64,000 nucleotides of DNA, from the IMG/VR virus record IMGVR_UViG_3300031088_000799. The stretch is one strand, 5' to 3'. The position numbers and the translations under genes were made by a program. This DNA comes from a virus. Lineage: Duplodnaviria > Heunggongvirae > Uroviricota > Caudoviricetes. The notes beneath the pieces were generated by a model that was not told the DNA's origin, did no database searches, and was given only the letters and a program-made list of their open reading frames with translations. Positions 30,409 through 41,318 of this stretch are shown one piece after another (positions within the stretch are counted from its first letter, which is position 1; each line of letters starts with the position of its first letter).

Positions 30409-33400
30409 TTAGTTTGAAGCTTTTATGTATAAACTTTTTACTGATGTGTAATCAAGGTGGTTAGCTTGTAATCCGTTACTTAATGCCGCACATATTCTGT
30501 TTGGCGTAACAATACCAGCTCCACCACAGTCTCCACCATTACCATATGCAGTCCATAGGCCAAATACAGATGACATTGGAGCACTTGTTGTACCATCACT
30601 TGCCCAACCTGTTACTACTGCATATAAGGTTTTAGCTCCAAGTGGAGTGCTTACAGAGAAACCACCTGAGTTAATAGTTGACCCACTTGCAAATGTATTA
30701 AATGATTGCCATTGACCATAACGACTCACCCAAGTAGCATTACCTGATGCAAACAATGCTCGTGTACTGGTGTTTGAATAACCAGAAGGCACTACTGGAT
30801 AGTTTGTAGCATCCATTGTATATGTTGCTAAATTTTGACCTTTTACAACAACATTGTTAAATGATTTATCTCCTGCTGATGCTGGATAGTTTGTCCAACG
30901 AGCAATAAGCAACCAATAACCACCGTCCATTGACATATCTACATACGCAGGGAATGTTCCACCTTGACCATTTGTTACATTATAGATACCACTTGATGCT
31001 TGTGGGTTAACTATTTTTAAATAACTATTAGTCACTGAAACTGTTGCATTTTTTGTAGCTGTTACACCGGCTGAGTTCGTAACTGTAATTGTATAGATAT
31101 AGGTGCCTGCAGCAGTTGGTGTTATTGTTCTTGAAGTTGCCGTTAATAAGTCAACATCAGTCGTAGCTACACCAGATGCAGCATTATTTGATTTTATTTT
31201 ATAGTTAACAGCATCAGTGCCTACCCATGACATTGTAAACGCTTCACCTGAAAACACTGTTGATGGAGCTGTAATTGTTACTGTTGGGTTTGCAACTACT
31301 GTAACAGAAACAGAACGAACAGCACTATAATTAGTAACACCATTTAAAGTCTTTACTGCTGATGCATAATAACTTGTGGTTCCTGCCGTTGAACTTGCTG
31401 TTGCTGGTAAAGTTGCATCTGTTGTGCCTGCACTGTTACGACCTTGTAGTGCCGCACCTGAGCTATAACCAGTACCTGTAAAGGTTAATGTAGCAGATGG
31501 AGCCACATTAATACTGCCAGATGAGTTGACAGTAAATCCAGTAAACGTAGGTAAACCTTCAACAACAACAGTAGCTGTTTTAGTTGTGCTAACACCTGCT
31601 GAGTTCGTGGCAGTAAGGGTGTAAACATAAGTTCCGGCTGCTGTTGGTGTTATTGCTCTTGATGTTGCAGTGCCTAGATCAATATTAGTAGTTGAAATAC
31701 CTGAATTTGTACTATTTGATTTGATACTATAACTGCTCACATCCGTCCCTGACCATGACATTGTAAATGGAGAGTTCATGAACACAGGTGTTGGTGCTGT
31801 TATAGAGGAAATGACTGGAGCACTTACCACATTCACAGTAACTGTTCTTACAGCACTGTAATTAGTTACACCATTCAATGTTTTAGCACTTGAAGCATAA
31901 TAAACAGTTGTTCCAGCCGTTGCATTAGCTGTTGCCGGTAAAGTAGCATTTGCTGTGCCAGCACTGTTACGACCTTGCAATGTAGCTCCTGAACTGAAAC
32001 CAGAACCTAAAAATGATAATGTTGCAGATGGAGCCACATTAACAGTTGTTGAACCATTTACAGTAAAACCAGTAAATGTTGGAAGTCCTTCAACTGTAAC
32101 TTGCTTTGTAGATGTTGTGGATACACCAGCCGCATTAGTCGCTGTTAATGTATATGTGTAAGTTCCTGCTACTGTTGGTGTAATAGCAATAGAAGTTGCA
32201 GTACCTAAATCAACATCACTGGTCGAAATACCAGATGAAGCATTATTAGATTTTATCTTATAGTTTATCGTGTTACTTGCCGACCAAGACATCGTAAATG
32301 CAGCATCAGCAAACACTGATGTTGGAGCTGTAATAGATGAGATGGCAGGAGAATCTACAACAACAACAGATACTGAGCGAACTGCACTATTATTGGTAAC
32401 ACCATTAACAGTTTTCATTGCAGAAGCATAGTAAGTAGTCGTTCCAGCCGTTGCACTAGCAGTTGTAGGTAATGTAACATTTGTTGTGCCTGCACTGTTA
32501 CGCCCCTGTAAGGTTGCACCAGAGCTAAATCCTATGCCTAAAAATGTTAGAGCACTAGATGGAGCCACTGTTACTGTAGACGATCCATTAACAGTAAATC
32601 CTGTAAATGTTGGTAATGATTCTACTGTTACACTGGTTGTCTTGGTTGCAGTAACCCCGGCAGCATTAGTTGCTGTAATTGTATAAGTATATGTGCCAGC
32701 AGCAGTTGGCGTTATAGATGTAGTCGTTGCTGTATCTAAATCAACATCGCTGGTTGAAATGCCAGAATTAGCATTATTAGATTTTATCTTATAATTTGTT
32801 GCATTAGTTCCACTCCATGAGATCGTAAATGGACTATCTTCAAATACAGATGTTGGATTAGATATGGATGCAACTGTTGGTGCATTAACAACAGTAACCG
32901 AAACAGAACGTGTAGCACTATAATTGGTTATTCCATTAATCGTTTTCATGGCAGAAGCGTAATAAGTGGTTGTTCCCGCAGTTCCACTAGCAGTTGTAGG
33001 CAAAGTAGAATTTGAAGTGCCTGCACTATTACGACCTTGTAATGTAGCTCCTGAACTAAATCCAGAACCTACAAATGATAATGTAGCTGATGGAGCTACG
33101 TTAATGGTCGCCTGACCATTAACCGTAAATCCTGTAAAGGTAGGTGAAGCTTCTGCAGTAACAGTTACTGTCTTAGTAGTTTTAACATTCGCAGCATTAG
33201 TTGCTGTAATAGTATAGGTATAAGTACCAGCAGCAGTTGGAGTTACAGTTGTTGTTGTTGTAGTATCTAAATTAACATCACTTGTTGGAACACCCGATGC
33301 AGCACTATTACCACGTATAGTATAGTTAATAACATTACTACCAGACCAAGAAATATTGAATGCAGCATTACTAAATACTGATGTTGGTGCTGTCACAACA

Positions 33401-35028
33401 CCAATAGTTGGTGCATCTACCACAGTTACTGATACTGAACGCACAGAACTGTTACGAGTTACTTCATTTAACGTCTTACTAACAACTCCATAATAATTAG
33501 TGGTACCTGCTGTTGAATTAGCTGATGTTGGAAGCGTCATATCACTGGTACCATCGCTGTTTTTTCCCTTAAGTGAAGATCCAGAACTCATACCAGTTGT
33601 TGTAAAATTAAGTGCTGTTGATGGCGATACAGTAATAGATGATTGACCATTAACTAATAGATTAGTAAATGTTGGATCAGCTTCTACAACAACATTCGTT
33701 GTCTTAGTAACAGTTTTTTCTGCTAAGTTAGTTGCCTTTAAAGTATAAGTAAAATTACCAGTAGCGGTTGGAGTTACTGTATTAGAAGTTTGTTCAGAAA
33801 CATCAATTGTCGAATTTATTCCTGATCCCGATGTGCTGGATAATTCATATTTCGAAGCTCCAGAACCAGTCCAGTTAAGCAAGAAAGCTGCATTCGCAAA
33901 TACAGTGCTAGGTGAACTAAAAGTAGAAATATCAACAGGTGTAACAACTGTTACAGCAACACTGTCTGAAACAGATTTGCCAGCACCATTAACAATATTC
34001 AATTGATAATTTTTATTAGTGGCTGGTGCTTTTATAGATGAAGAATTTCCTGTTACTGCTGCTCCATCAAATTCAGCACTCTCACTATTTTTTAAAATCC
34101 AATCAAATTTTAAGTCATCACCTGCTTCGACGGTTACTGCTTTTTTATTATTAACAGTAAAACTTGTAATTTCTGGAATACCATACACACTAATTTTAAC
34201 AACATCTGACGATTGTATAGAATTGTTAAAACTGGTACTTTTCAAGGTGTAGTCGAAATTTCCTAAGCTATTGAGTGGAATAGAGGCTGTATTAGTTGTT
34301 TTATCAACAACACCATAAGGAGAAAGTTCAAGGCGTTCACTATCACTAACAGACCAGTTAAAAACAGCACTTTCACCCACGGTAAATTTATTTTTATTAA
34401 CCGTTAAGAATTCAATGATAGAATTTTTAATAACGTCAATAGTTAAAGATTTAGAATCGCTTTTTTCTCCAAAATAACCAACAGCCGTTAATGTATACGT
34501 TTGATCTTGTGTTGGTGAAACTTTAACAGACGATTGATTTGAAATAGAACCTATACCATTATTAATGCTAGCTGAATCTATATTTTCCAAAGTCCATGAT
34601 AAATTAACGGATTCACCTTCACCAATTTTATTACGATCTGCACTAAATGCAATTTTAGGATCAGGCTGAATAACTTTAAGATAGACTGTTTCTTTTTTAG
34701 ACTTATCACCATTGTGAACAATAGTATTATAAGCTGTTGACTGTATTGGACTAACAGGCACTGAACCTGTATTGCTGTTATAAGTTCCAAGGTTTTCAAT
34801 ATCAATTTTGTTTGCGTATTTATAATTCCATATTAAATTAGCTGTCTCACCACGTTGAATAGTAGACTTATCAAATTTTATAGAACCATCTATACCATTT
34901 ACTACGAAATTTAGAGGTTTATCTTTCAAAGGATAATACAGCGAATAATCAGCCTTAATTGATTGCGAAATCATTAAGCTTAGGAGACTTAATGATACAA
35001 TAAGTTTTTTTTGCATAACATATCTCAT
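30409..35028 (-). CDS. large secreted Ser/Thr-rich Ig/PKD-like repeat adhesin with C-terminal fibrinogen-like domain
   Basis: Signal peptide; beta-strand repeats (F.MSWSG..., TPTAAGTYTYTITATN); C-terminal SGIYNV..AYVDMSMDGGYWLLIAR. Confidence 0.8.
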   Translation of the reverse strand: MRYVMQKKLIVSLSLLSLMISQSIKADYSLYYPLKDKPLNFVVNGIDGSIKFDKSTIQRGETANLIWNYKYANKIDIENLGTYNSNTGSVPVSPIQSTAYNTIVHNGDKSKKETVYLKVIQPDPKIAFSADRNKIGEGESVNLSWTLENIDSASINNGIGSISNQSSVKVSPTQDQTYTLTAVGYFGEKSDSKSLTIDVIKNSIIEFLTVNKNKFTVGESAVFNWSVSDSERLELSPYGVVDKTTNTASIPLNSLGNFDYTLKSTSFNNSIQSSDVVKISVYGIPEITSFTVNNKKAVTVEAGDDLKFDWILKNSESAEFDGAAVTGNSSSIKAPATNKNYQLNIVNGAGKSVSDSVAVTVVTPVDISTFSSPSTVFANAAFLLNWTGSGASKYELSSTSGSGINSTIDVSEQTSNTVTPTATGNFTYTLKATNLAEKTVTKTTNVVVEADPTFTNLLVNGQSSITVSPSTALNFTTTGMSSGSSLKGKNSDGTSDMTLPTSANSTAGTTNYYGVVSKTLNEVTRNSSVRSVSVTVVDAPTIGVVTAPTSVFSNAAFNISWSGSNVINYTIRGNSAASGVPTSDVNLDTTTTTTVTPTAAGTYTYTITATNAANVKTTKTVTVTAEASPTFTGFTVNGQATINVAPSATLSFVGSGFSSGATLQGRNSAGTSNSTLPTTASGTAGTTTYYASAMKTINGITNYSATRSVSVTVVNAPTVASISNPTSVFEDSPFTISWSGTNATNYKIKSNNANSGISTSDVDLDTATTTSITPTAAGTYTYTITATNAAGVTATKTTSVTVESLPTFTGFTVNGSSTVTVAPSSALTFLGIGFSSGATLQGRNSAGTTNVTLPTTASATAGTTTYYASAMKTVNGVTNNSAVRSVSVVVVDSPAISSITAPTSVFADAAFTMSWSASNTINYKIKSNNASSGISTSDVDLGTATSIAITPTVAGTYTYTLTATNAAGVSTTSTKQVTVEGLPTFTGFTVNGSTTVNVAPSATLSFLGSGFSSGATLQGRNSAGTANATLPATANATAGTTVYYASSAKTLNGVTNYSAVRTVTVNVVSAPVISSITAPTPVFMNSPFTMSWSGTDVSSYSIKSNSTNSGISTTNIDLGTATSRAITPTAAGTYVYTLTATNSAGVSTTKTATVVVEGLPTFTGFTVNSSGSINVAPSATLTFTGTGYSSGAALQGRNSAGTTDATLPATASSTAGTTSYYASAVKTLNGVTNYSAVRSVSVTVVANPTVTITAPSTVFSGEAFTMSWVGTDAVNYKIKSNNAASGVATTDVDLLTATSRTITPTAAGTYIYTITVTNSAGVTATKNATVSVTNSYLKIVNPQASSGIYNVTNGQGGTFPAYVDMSMDGGYWLLIARWTNYPASAGDKSFNNVVVKGQNLATYTMDATNYPVVPSGYSNTSTRALFASGNATWVSRYGQWQSFNTFASGSTINSGGFSVSTPLGAKTLYAVVTGWASDGTTSAPMSSVFGLWTAYGNGGDCGGAGIVTPNRICAALSNGLQANHLDYTSVKSLYIKASN
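31030..33920 (-). repeat. intragenic tandem repeat, 531-bp (177-aa) period, about 5 units
   Basis: gcact(g/a)ttacg recurs at 31430, 31961, 32492, 33023 (exact 531 spacing); a more diverged unit near 33550. Confidence 0.85.
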
Positions 35029-35143
35029 TATATTTTTTTTATATTATACATTAAAATATATTTATACAAAAGTTTAATAAAAAAAAATAATGAACAGCTC
35101 ACTGTTTTAGACAGAAAACTATTCATTATTAAATTGATACAAC

Positions 35144-35695
35144 TTAAACAGCAGTATAACCTCTATAAGTCAAGCTAATTCTACCGCTGCAAGGTCTATC
35201 GTTTTTAGGGATTCTGTGTAAGTGTGTCTCTTGCATGCCAGCAGGCATAATACAAGCACTACCATTACCCAACAAAATTTTTGTGACTTCCTTAGAACTA
35301 GTTTCAGAAGGTCTTTCTTTAAACCAGATTTCTCTTTCAGCCCCTAAACTTACAGTAACAATTGGCCTATTAGGGTCCATTTCTGGGCTATCATCTGCGT
35401 GCCATCCAATGTGACCAGCAAAATCATCATACAAATTCAAGAAACATACATCAAAAATACATTTTAATTCAGCTTCCAATTTCGCTCTGATAGACAAAAT
35501 TTCATCATTATAAGGACTTCTAGTGTAAGTATCAGCAAATGCTGGATTACCATAGCTATAAGGCACATCATGATCATTACAGTAATATTCTTTTCTTGGT
35601 TTATTACCGTATCTCTTCCACTCCAACTCATTCAACAACGTATTAAATACAGCATCAGGATTAGATACGAAATTTGGGATATAAATAGGTTTCAT
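35144..35695 (-). CDS. AlkB-family 2OG-Fe(II) dioxygenase
   Basis: LNLY..., IGWHADD (HxD), SLGA.R, HRIPK, RISLTYR. Confidence 0.92.
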   Translation of the reverse strand: MKPIYIPNFVSNPDAVFNTLLNELEWKRYGNKPRKEYYCNDHDVPYSYGNPAFADTYTRSPYNDEILSIRAKLEAELKCIFDVCFLNLYDDFAGHIGWHADDSPEMDPNRPIVTVSLGAEREIWFKERPSETSSKEVTKILLGNGSACIMPAGMQETHLHRIPKNDRPCSGRISLTYRGYTAV

Positions 35696-35933
35696 TTTTA
35701 AAACTCCATAATTAATTAATTTAAGACAATAAAAAACAGTAAACAGGTGTTCGTTTAGTGCCGTTGTCGTAGGTTATGAAGTTTCATGATATTGCGTCCT
35801 TTTAGTTAAGAGTGCCTATAATATCATAATACTCAACAAACGTCAATATGTTATATCTACAAACAATGACTTTTACTATTTCAAAAATATAAAATTTAAT
35901 GATATACTAAAAGAGTAAACATTTTAAGAACCA

Positions 35934-37115
35934 ATGGACATAAGACAAAAGCTTAGAAGCTATACCAAAGATGAAAATCCAATCTATTTTGAATCTGATT
36001 TCAATGAAATGCTCGCTGAATGGCCGAATGAAGAAGATATTACTGTCTATCGTGGCATTAATTTCTCTACAAAAGAAAAATATGATACTTTCATGAAACA
36101 ACTAAAAGAAAAAGGTGGTTATCAATCATCAGAATGTGCTGGATTTTCTCCAAGTTATGAAACCGCTTATGATTTTTCCACTACCACAAAAACCTATTTT
36201 CCAACCATGGAAGTGGTTATGGAAGAAGCCAAACGTAATGTTCAAGGTGAAAAAATATCAGGATATTGTGGCGTTATCTTAACTGCTACTGCCAAAAAAG
36301 GCACTGTAGTGGACGTGAACCTTTCTGGGCAAAGTATCGAAAGTGAAGTATTATTTAGACCGGGTGAACTTATCCAATGTGAAGTTGTGAAAGTTAAAAG
36401 TTTTAAAGACCTTGTACGTTCAAAAGATTTTGACATAAATGAATATGTTAAACAGAATGCAGGAAAAGAAGACGATTTATTGAGCTATCTTATTATTAAT
36501 AAAAGCAAATCAATTACTGATGAAAATTGTCAATTACTACTAGATAAATACTTAGAAAAATTTAGTAAAACGAAAACTGGCTTCTCGAACGATCAAATAT
36601 TAGTAGCCGAAGAGAATATTGTGGCTGTAAAATTTAGTCATTACAAATTTGGAGAAGAATCTCAATCCATAAGAATATTTGTTCCTGATACCCGTTATTT
36701 CGAAAACTACGAAATTTTAAGAAAACCACAAAGAGAACAGATTAAGAAAATAGCCAATGATGTTATTGGTCATGTCTTTGACCTTCATATCCAATACCGT
36801 GACACTATTCCAATTGATTACAGTGCTTTAAAAAATATTACACCCTATTTAGATAAGCAAAATAAAGAATTTTATCAGAGAATGATTAGTTACAAACAAA
36901 AAGAAACCTATGAAAATCACAATGATAAATTAAGAGAAATTTATAAAGATAGATCATTAACATCGAATCAACGTTCTAGATTAATAGATGATGAGATGAA
37001 TAAGTTGAAAAACTTTTTAACCAATATCGTCAACAATATCCCTGAGTCAATGAGTGATATAAAAGAAGAAGTTAAAGAACGGAAAGCAAGAAAGAGGAAT
37101 ACTCTAAAAAGATAA
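35934..37115 (+). CDS. putative ADP-ribosyltransferase-fold protein with helical C-domain and basic tail
   Basis: ITVYRG, GFSPS..TAYDF, ESEVLF order matches R-S-E ART motifs; ends RKARKRNTLKR. Confidence 0.6.
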   Translation: MDIRQKLRSYTKDENPIYFESDFNEMLAEWPNEEDITVYRGINFSTKEKYDTFMKQLKEKGGYQSSECAGFSPSYETAYDFSTTTKTYFPTMEVVMEEAKRNVQGEKISGYCGVILTATAKKGTVVDVNLSGQSIESEVLFRPGELIQCEVVKVKSFKDLVRSKDFDINEYVKQNAGKEDDLLSYLIINKSKSITDENCQLLLDKYLEKFSKTKTGFSNDQILVAEENIVAVKFSHYKFGEESQSIRIFVPDTRYFENYEILRKPQREQIKKIANDVIGHVFDLHIQYRDTIPIDYSALKNITPYLDKQNKEFYQRMISYKQKETYENHNDKLREIYKDRSLTSNQRSRLIDDEMNKLKNFLTNIVNNIPESMSDIKEEVKERKARKRNTLKR

Positions 37116-37196
37116 AAAAAGACCCTTACATTGATGTAGGGGTTTATTTTTTTTATAATGACGTTAAACTATGGATAAGAAATAAACGAGGTCAAC

Positions 37197-37793
37197 ATGA
37201 TTAGAACTCTTTCATTATCAATGCTAATAGGATTATCTCCTATAATCCATGCTGAACCAATTAAAGCCAATAACTTTACAATGTCTGAACTTGCACACAT
37301 TGAATATACAGCTACACTCTCTTATATTCCTAAACAAAATGATTATAAGAAAGGCTATAAGAAAGGAGTTCCGGTAGAACTTATACATCAAAAATTTTTG
37401 ATCAATTATAAAAATGATAATAGAACTATTACAAAACTTCCTACTGGTCCATTAGAACATGGGTCTATTCTAATAACCGAGGAAGATCCTCAACAACTTG
37501 GGGTAAGTTCACTTGATGGTCGATATAAAGGATTATATGTTATTATGGATAACCCTAAGAGAATAGATGATTACAGTGATTACAAACTACGTTTAAAAAT
37601 CTTCCCTATTGATCAATATTTAAATACAGAGTTTACTGCCAGTGCTGTTATATGGAATGATGATATTAAGGGAAAACGCCATGGCTTCAAACAAAAAATT
37701 GTATTAGCTCCCAATAAACCAACATTTACGTCAGTAGACGATACCTTTACTAATGGACTTATTATTAAATTGGAAGCAAAAGCTACAAATTAA
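37197..37793 (+). CDS. secreted hypothetical protein
   Basis: Signal peptide MIRTLSLSMLIGLSPIIHA; GAGG SD. Confidence 0.7.
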   Translation: MIRTLSLSMLIGLSPIIHAEPIKANNFTMSELAHIEYTATLSYIPKQNDYKKGYKKGVPVELIHQKFLINYKNDNRTITKLPTGPLEHGSILITEEDPQQLGVSSLDGRYKGLYVIMDNPKRIDDYSDYKLRLKIFPIDQYLNTEFTASAVIWNDDIKGKRHGFKQKIVLAPNKPTFTSVDDTFTNGLIIKLEAKATN

Positions 37794-37895
37794 TAATTTT
37801 CTGCTAATAGTTTTAATCTATCAAAACAATTTCAATAATAAATTTTACTATATTTAGTAAATATGTTAAAACTAAAAGAAAAAAGGAGACATAAA

Positions 37896-38099
37896 ATGAA
37901 AAAGACACTTAGCTTTGGCATTCTACATATGATGGTTGCCTTTACTGTAGGTTATGCTTTCACAGGAAACTGGATGGTGGGTGGACTTATGGCAATTGTT
38001 GAACCTATGATCAATACGGTTGTTTTCTATTTCCACGAAAAAGTGTGGAACAAAATTGATAATGAACCCATTAATCACTTTTCAGTACATCACCATTAA
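37896..38099 (+). CDS. DUF2061-like small membrane protein
   Basis: KTLSFGILHM.VAF.VGY..TG...EP..NTV.FYFHEKVW; AGGAG SD before ATG 37896. Confidence 0.8.
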   Translation: MKKTLSFGILHMMVAFTVGYAFTGNWMVGGLMAIVEPMINTVVFYFHEKVWNKIDNEPINHFSVHHH

Positions 38100-38126
38100 G
38101 ACCAAATACTTTAAAATGTCCTTGGT

Positions 38127-38744
38127 TTAAATGTAATACATCTCTTCAACTAATTCTTGCATTTTAAATAATTCAATTAATTGCTCAACATCACTGGCTT
38201 CATCCAAACCGTCAATGCCCATAGGTTCTAATAAATTATTAATATACTCTTCCAAGTTAAACTCAATGCTTTCAGAATAGCAGTCATAATTTTTGTACAC
38301 TTCTGTATTAATAGAAGATACTTTTATAATTTTTAATGAACTTTCATTACTGCATTCTATATTCAAATTTAAAACAAATTCATCATAACGATGAAATTTT
38401 GTAATATTATAAGTTACAATGAATAGCTTCATATACTTGTTAATCAGATTAATTGCTTTTTGGACTTGAATATTACTGATAGGAATACAAGGTTCTAGTT
38501 GATTATTAACAATAAATGTTTTTAATTCTAGTTTAATAGCAAGTAATTCATTGTCTTCATGTTGATAAGACATAAACACATTTTTTTCATTTTTTCGAGT
38601 GGTTATATCCAAACTGGATACAAAATCATTTGACCACGTACCATCCTCATCTGATGTCTCAAATTTGATATAGAAATTGTCCCGATTAATCTCTATACCT
38701 AACATTGAGAATATATTAGCACAAGTAAACACATTATTTTTCAT
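38127..38744 (-). CDS. hypothetical protein, C-terminal tag family (..VEEMYYI); paralog of 38741..39370
   Basis: Shared NNV.F...N..S.LGI, LIN.YM.L and C-terminus. Confidence 0.8.
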   Translation of the reverse strand: MKNNVFTCANIFSMLGIEINRDNFYIKFETSDEDGTWSNDFVSSLDITTRKNEKNVFMSYQHEDNELLAIKLELKTFIVNNQLEPCIPISNIQVQKAINLINKYMKLFIVTYNITKFHRYDEFVLNLNIECSNESSLKIIKVSSINTEVYKNYDCYSESIEFNLEEYINNLLEPMGIDGLDEASDVEQLIELFKMQELVEEMYYI

Positions 38745-39370
38745 ATTCGAACCATATCATCTAGATTTTTTTGCATATTAACCAAGAGGGCTAAATGTTC
38801 AAAATCGATATGCTCTGGAAGTCTATTGAGTTCCATTTTTTCAAGATATTCATTGACAACATAATCAATATCAATAAATTTTCTATTATAATTACTTTCA
38901 AAAGGTACTGATATCTGCAAACTACTAATATAAACACGGTCAAGAGATAAGTCTACACCATTCGTATAATCACCCATAATAACTAAACTAATAAATTCTA
39001 TACACGGCTGAAATAGAGTGCGATCAGCAATTACTTTATATAACTGCATATATTGGTTAATTAAAATAAGAAGCTGATTCATTTCAGGAGAATCAAATTC
39101 GACATTAAATACTACTGTGCCATCTGCTGACAATGCACATTTCAAAATAGCCTGAAAACCCGGATTAGCAGTGTTTTCAAAAATATCTGCTGCCATTAGA
39201 TTATTGTGAACTTTACTTTTTGCATTCACAAAAAAATTAGCAGTAATATCGACTGCTTTTGGATCTGATTCGTATTCAATAACATATTGTTCAGGGTTCT
39301 TAATACCCAATGTAGAAATAAGGTTTTCAGCATTAAAAATTACGTTATTTTGATTCATGTTTAACCTCAA
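38741..39370 (-). CDS. hypothetical protein, C-terminal tag family (..LDDMVRI)
   Basis: Tandem paralog; probable start MNQNNV. Confidence 0.8.
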   Translation of the reverse strand: MRLNMNQNNVIFNAENLISTLGIKNPEQYVIEYESDPKAVDITANFFVNAKSKVHNNLMAADIFENTANPGFQAILKCALSADGTVVFNVEFDSPEMNQLLILINQYMQLYKVIADRTLFQPCIEFISLVIMGDYTNGVDLSLDRVYISSLQISVPFESNYNRKFIDIDYVVNEYLEKMELNRLPEHIDFEHLALLVNMQKNLDDMVRI

Positions 39371-39441
39371 TATTTTGCGTAATTTTACTAAGATAGGTCA
39401 ATGTTGTCAACTATTAGCTTATTAAACTATTTGACTTTAGT

Positions 39442-39840
39442 ATGATACAGAATACAGTTAAGAGAAAAACAGGAGTCAATATTATGCTATTATCTCATGT
39501 TGAAAAAATATTAAACCAAGATCCTAAAAAGCATTTTACAATAACGGAAATAGTAGATATTTTACTATTAATGGAACCTTATGCTAGAAACAAAAAAGTG
39601 CTTGAAGCCAAAATAATAAATAAAATTATAAAGAATAAAAATAAGTTGTCGTTTTCAGTTGTAGAGAAAAATGGAATTATATATTTGTATTCAAGACAAG
39701 GAGATATCTTACATAGACTTAATAGAAAAGTGCCAGATACGCCATTTTTTAATAATTTAAGAAAATTAAAAATAAAAATGACTATTGTATATGGTATTTT
39801 AACGATAATAGGCTTCACTGTATTTTTCATTTTTGAATGA
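39442..39840 (+). CDS. hypothetical protein, possible winged helix with C-terminal TM anchor
   Basis: KHFTITEIVDIL; hydrophobic C-terminus. Confidence 0.55.
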   Translation: MIQNTVKRKTGVNIMLLSHVEKILNQDPKKHFTITEIVDILLLMEPYARNKKVLEAKIINKIIKNKNKLSFSVVEKNGIIYLYSRQGDILHRLNRKVPDTPFFNNLRKLKIKMTIVYGILTIIGFTVFFIFE

Positions 39841-39861
39841 AGCCTAAGCAGTTCTCATTTT

Positions 39862-40386
39862 TTAAATTTTAGCTTTAAACTTTTTAACAGGTTTTAACAT
39901 TGTGTTCATTTCATTAATGATATCAGCATGAGTTTTCAACCATTTATGATGTTGTTCTGGAATTTTATCCTGAGAAAGATACATACGACCCGTACATTCA
40001 AAATCTGCTTTAAATTCATGAGTTGTAAAATCAGTCACAGCATAGAAAAATTGATAACCAATCGCTGGATACCCTGATTCAATAGCTTTAGGATTGTCTC
40101 TGTTGTCTACTCTAATAGCACCCACTAATTTCATTGAATTAATGGTTATACAACCTTCTTCCATTGCTTCACGTTTCATAGCATCTTCTGCAGTTTCACC
40201 TTTTTCAACATGCCCACCAATAATATCGATGCCACGAGGATTAGTTGTAAACATTAATTCTTTATCTTTGATAGGAAAACAATGTACAGATGTCGCAAAT
40301 GCACCATCAATATTCGCCAATTCTTTTGCCGGAATAAATTTTAAGTAAACAACAGCATCACCATAATACGTTTTTTCTTCTTGCAT
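39862..40386 (-). CDS. NUDIX hydrolase
   Basis: Nudix box GGHVEKGETAEDAMKREAMEEG; ends KPVKKFKAKI. Confidence 0.9.
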   Translation of the reverse strand: MQEEKTYYGDAVVYLKFIPAKELANIDGAFATSVHCFPIKDKELMFTTNPRGIDIIGGHVEKGETAEDAMKREAMEEGCITINSMKLVGAIRVDNRDNPKAIESGYPAIGYQFFYAVTDFTTHEFKADFECTGRMYLSQDKIPEQHHKWLKTHADIINEMNTMLKPVKKFKAKI

Positions 40387-40649
40387 GTTCTAGCTCCTAA
40401 TTGATAGAAACATTATAGCAAATTTAATTGAATCTATCAACGTCCATCAAATTTTAATATTATATCATAATACTTATAATCACAATAAAAATGTAAGTCC
40501 AATTAACCTGTAACCGTCACCTAAAAAAATAAATGAATATTAGTAAAAAGTTGTTGACATTATAATGGCACTGAATTAAAATAAAAATAGATAAGACAAC
40601 CCCAAGTCTATAAAAAGAGGCACTTCAATCACATAAAAAGGAGTGTAAA

Positions 40650-41318
40650 ATGAAAAGCAATATCAAATTGAAAGTGGCCTTCTGCAATATTTCAAATAAA
40701 AAATTCGCAATACTATCTACTGACCAACTTTATTTCTCTGACTACCTAAATGGAATGCGTAAAACGTTACTCGATATTGAGCATACTATTAATGTAGATG
40801 AAATTGTTATTCAAACTGTCAAACATAAAACCGTCCATCAAGCATTAGAACTATTAGATCTTTCTGAAACGATTATAACGGCTGAAAACATCTCAAATGT
40901 AGAACAACTTCATGTATGGTTAGCAATTAAAGCTGGAACCTATGAAGCCAGAGATGAATGGGATTTATTCTTGAAAGAAAATGATTTACTTAATGATTGG
41001 ATTGATGGGGATCTGAAACTTGTGACTGCTTATAGTTACAGTGAACATTCAAAAGAATTTGGTTATAAAAGTAATCTTAAAACAATAGAATCAAAACTAA
41101 ACAATTACAATGACATTTGGCAATTACCAGAATTGTTTAAAGGTTCATGTAAGACAACCCACGGAACTTATGCGAAATATTCCTATACCAATGACTCTAA
41201 AATTGTTCAGATAACCGCCAATAATAGAACAGTGAAATTAAATCAAAAATGGTTAGAAGAAAAACAACCTTCTTCGACTACATATCGCTTCTCTGAAGGT
41301 AGAGTTGTTCCTGTATAA
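40650..41318 (+). CDS. hypothetical protein
   Basis: 222-aa ORF, AGGAG SD, TTGACA..TAAAAT promoter upstream. Confidence 0.75.
   Translation: MKSNIKLKVAFCNISNKKFAILSTDQLYFSDYLNGMRKTLLDIEHTINVDEIVIQTVKHKTVHQALELLDLSETIITAENISNVEQLHVWLAIKAGTYEARDEWDLFLKENDLLNDWIDGDLKLVTAYSYSEHSKEFGYKSNLKTIESKLNNYNDIWQLPELFKGSCKTTHGTYAKYSYTNDSKIVQITANNRTVKLNQKWLEEKQPSSTTYRFSEGRVVPV

Noticed and set aside
40592-41160. 11-nt repeat TAAGACAACCC upstream of and inside ORF 40650..41318
   Set aside because: Only two short copies and no associated structure; compatible with chance.
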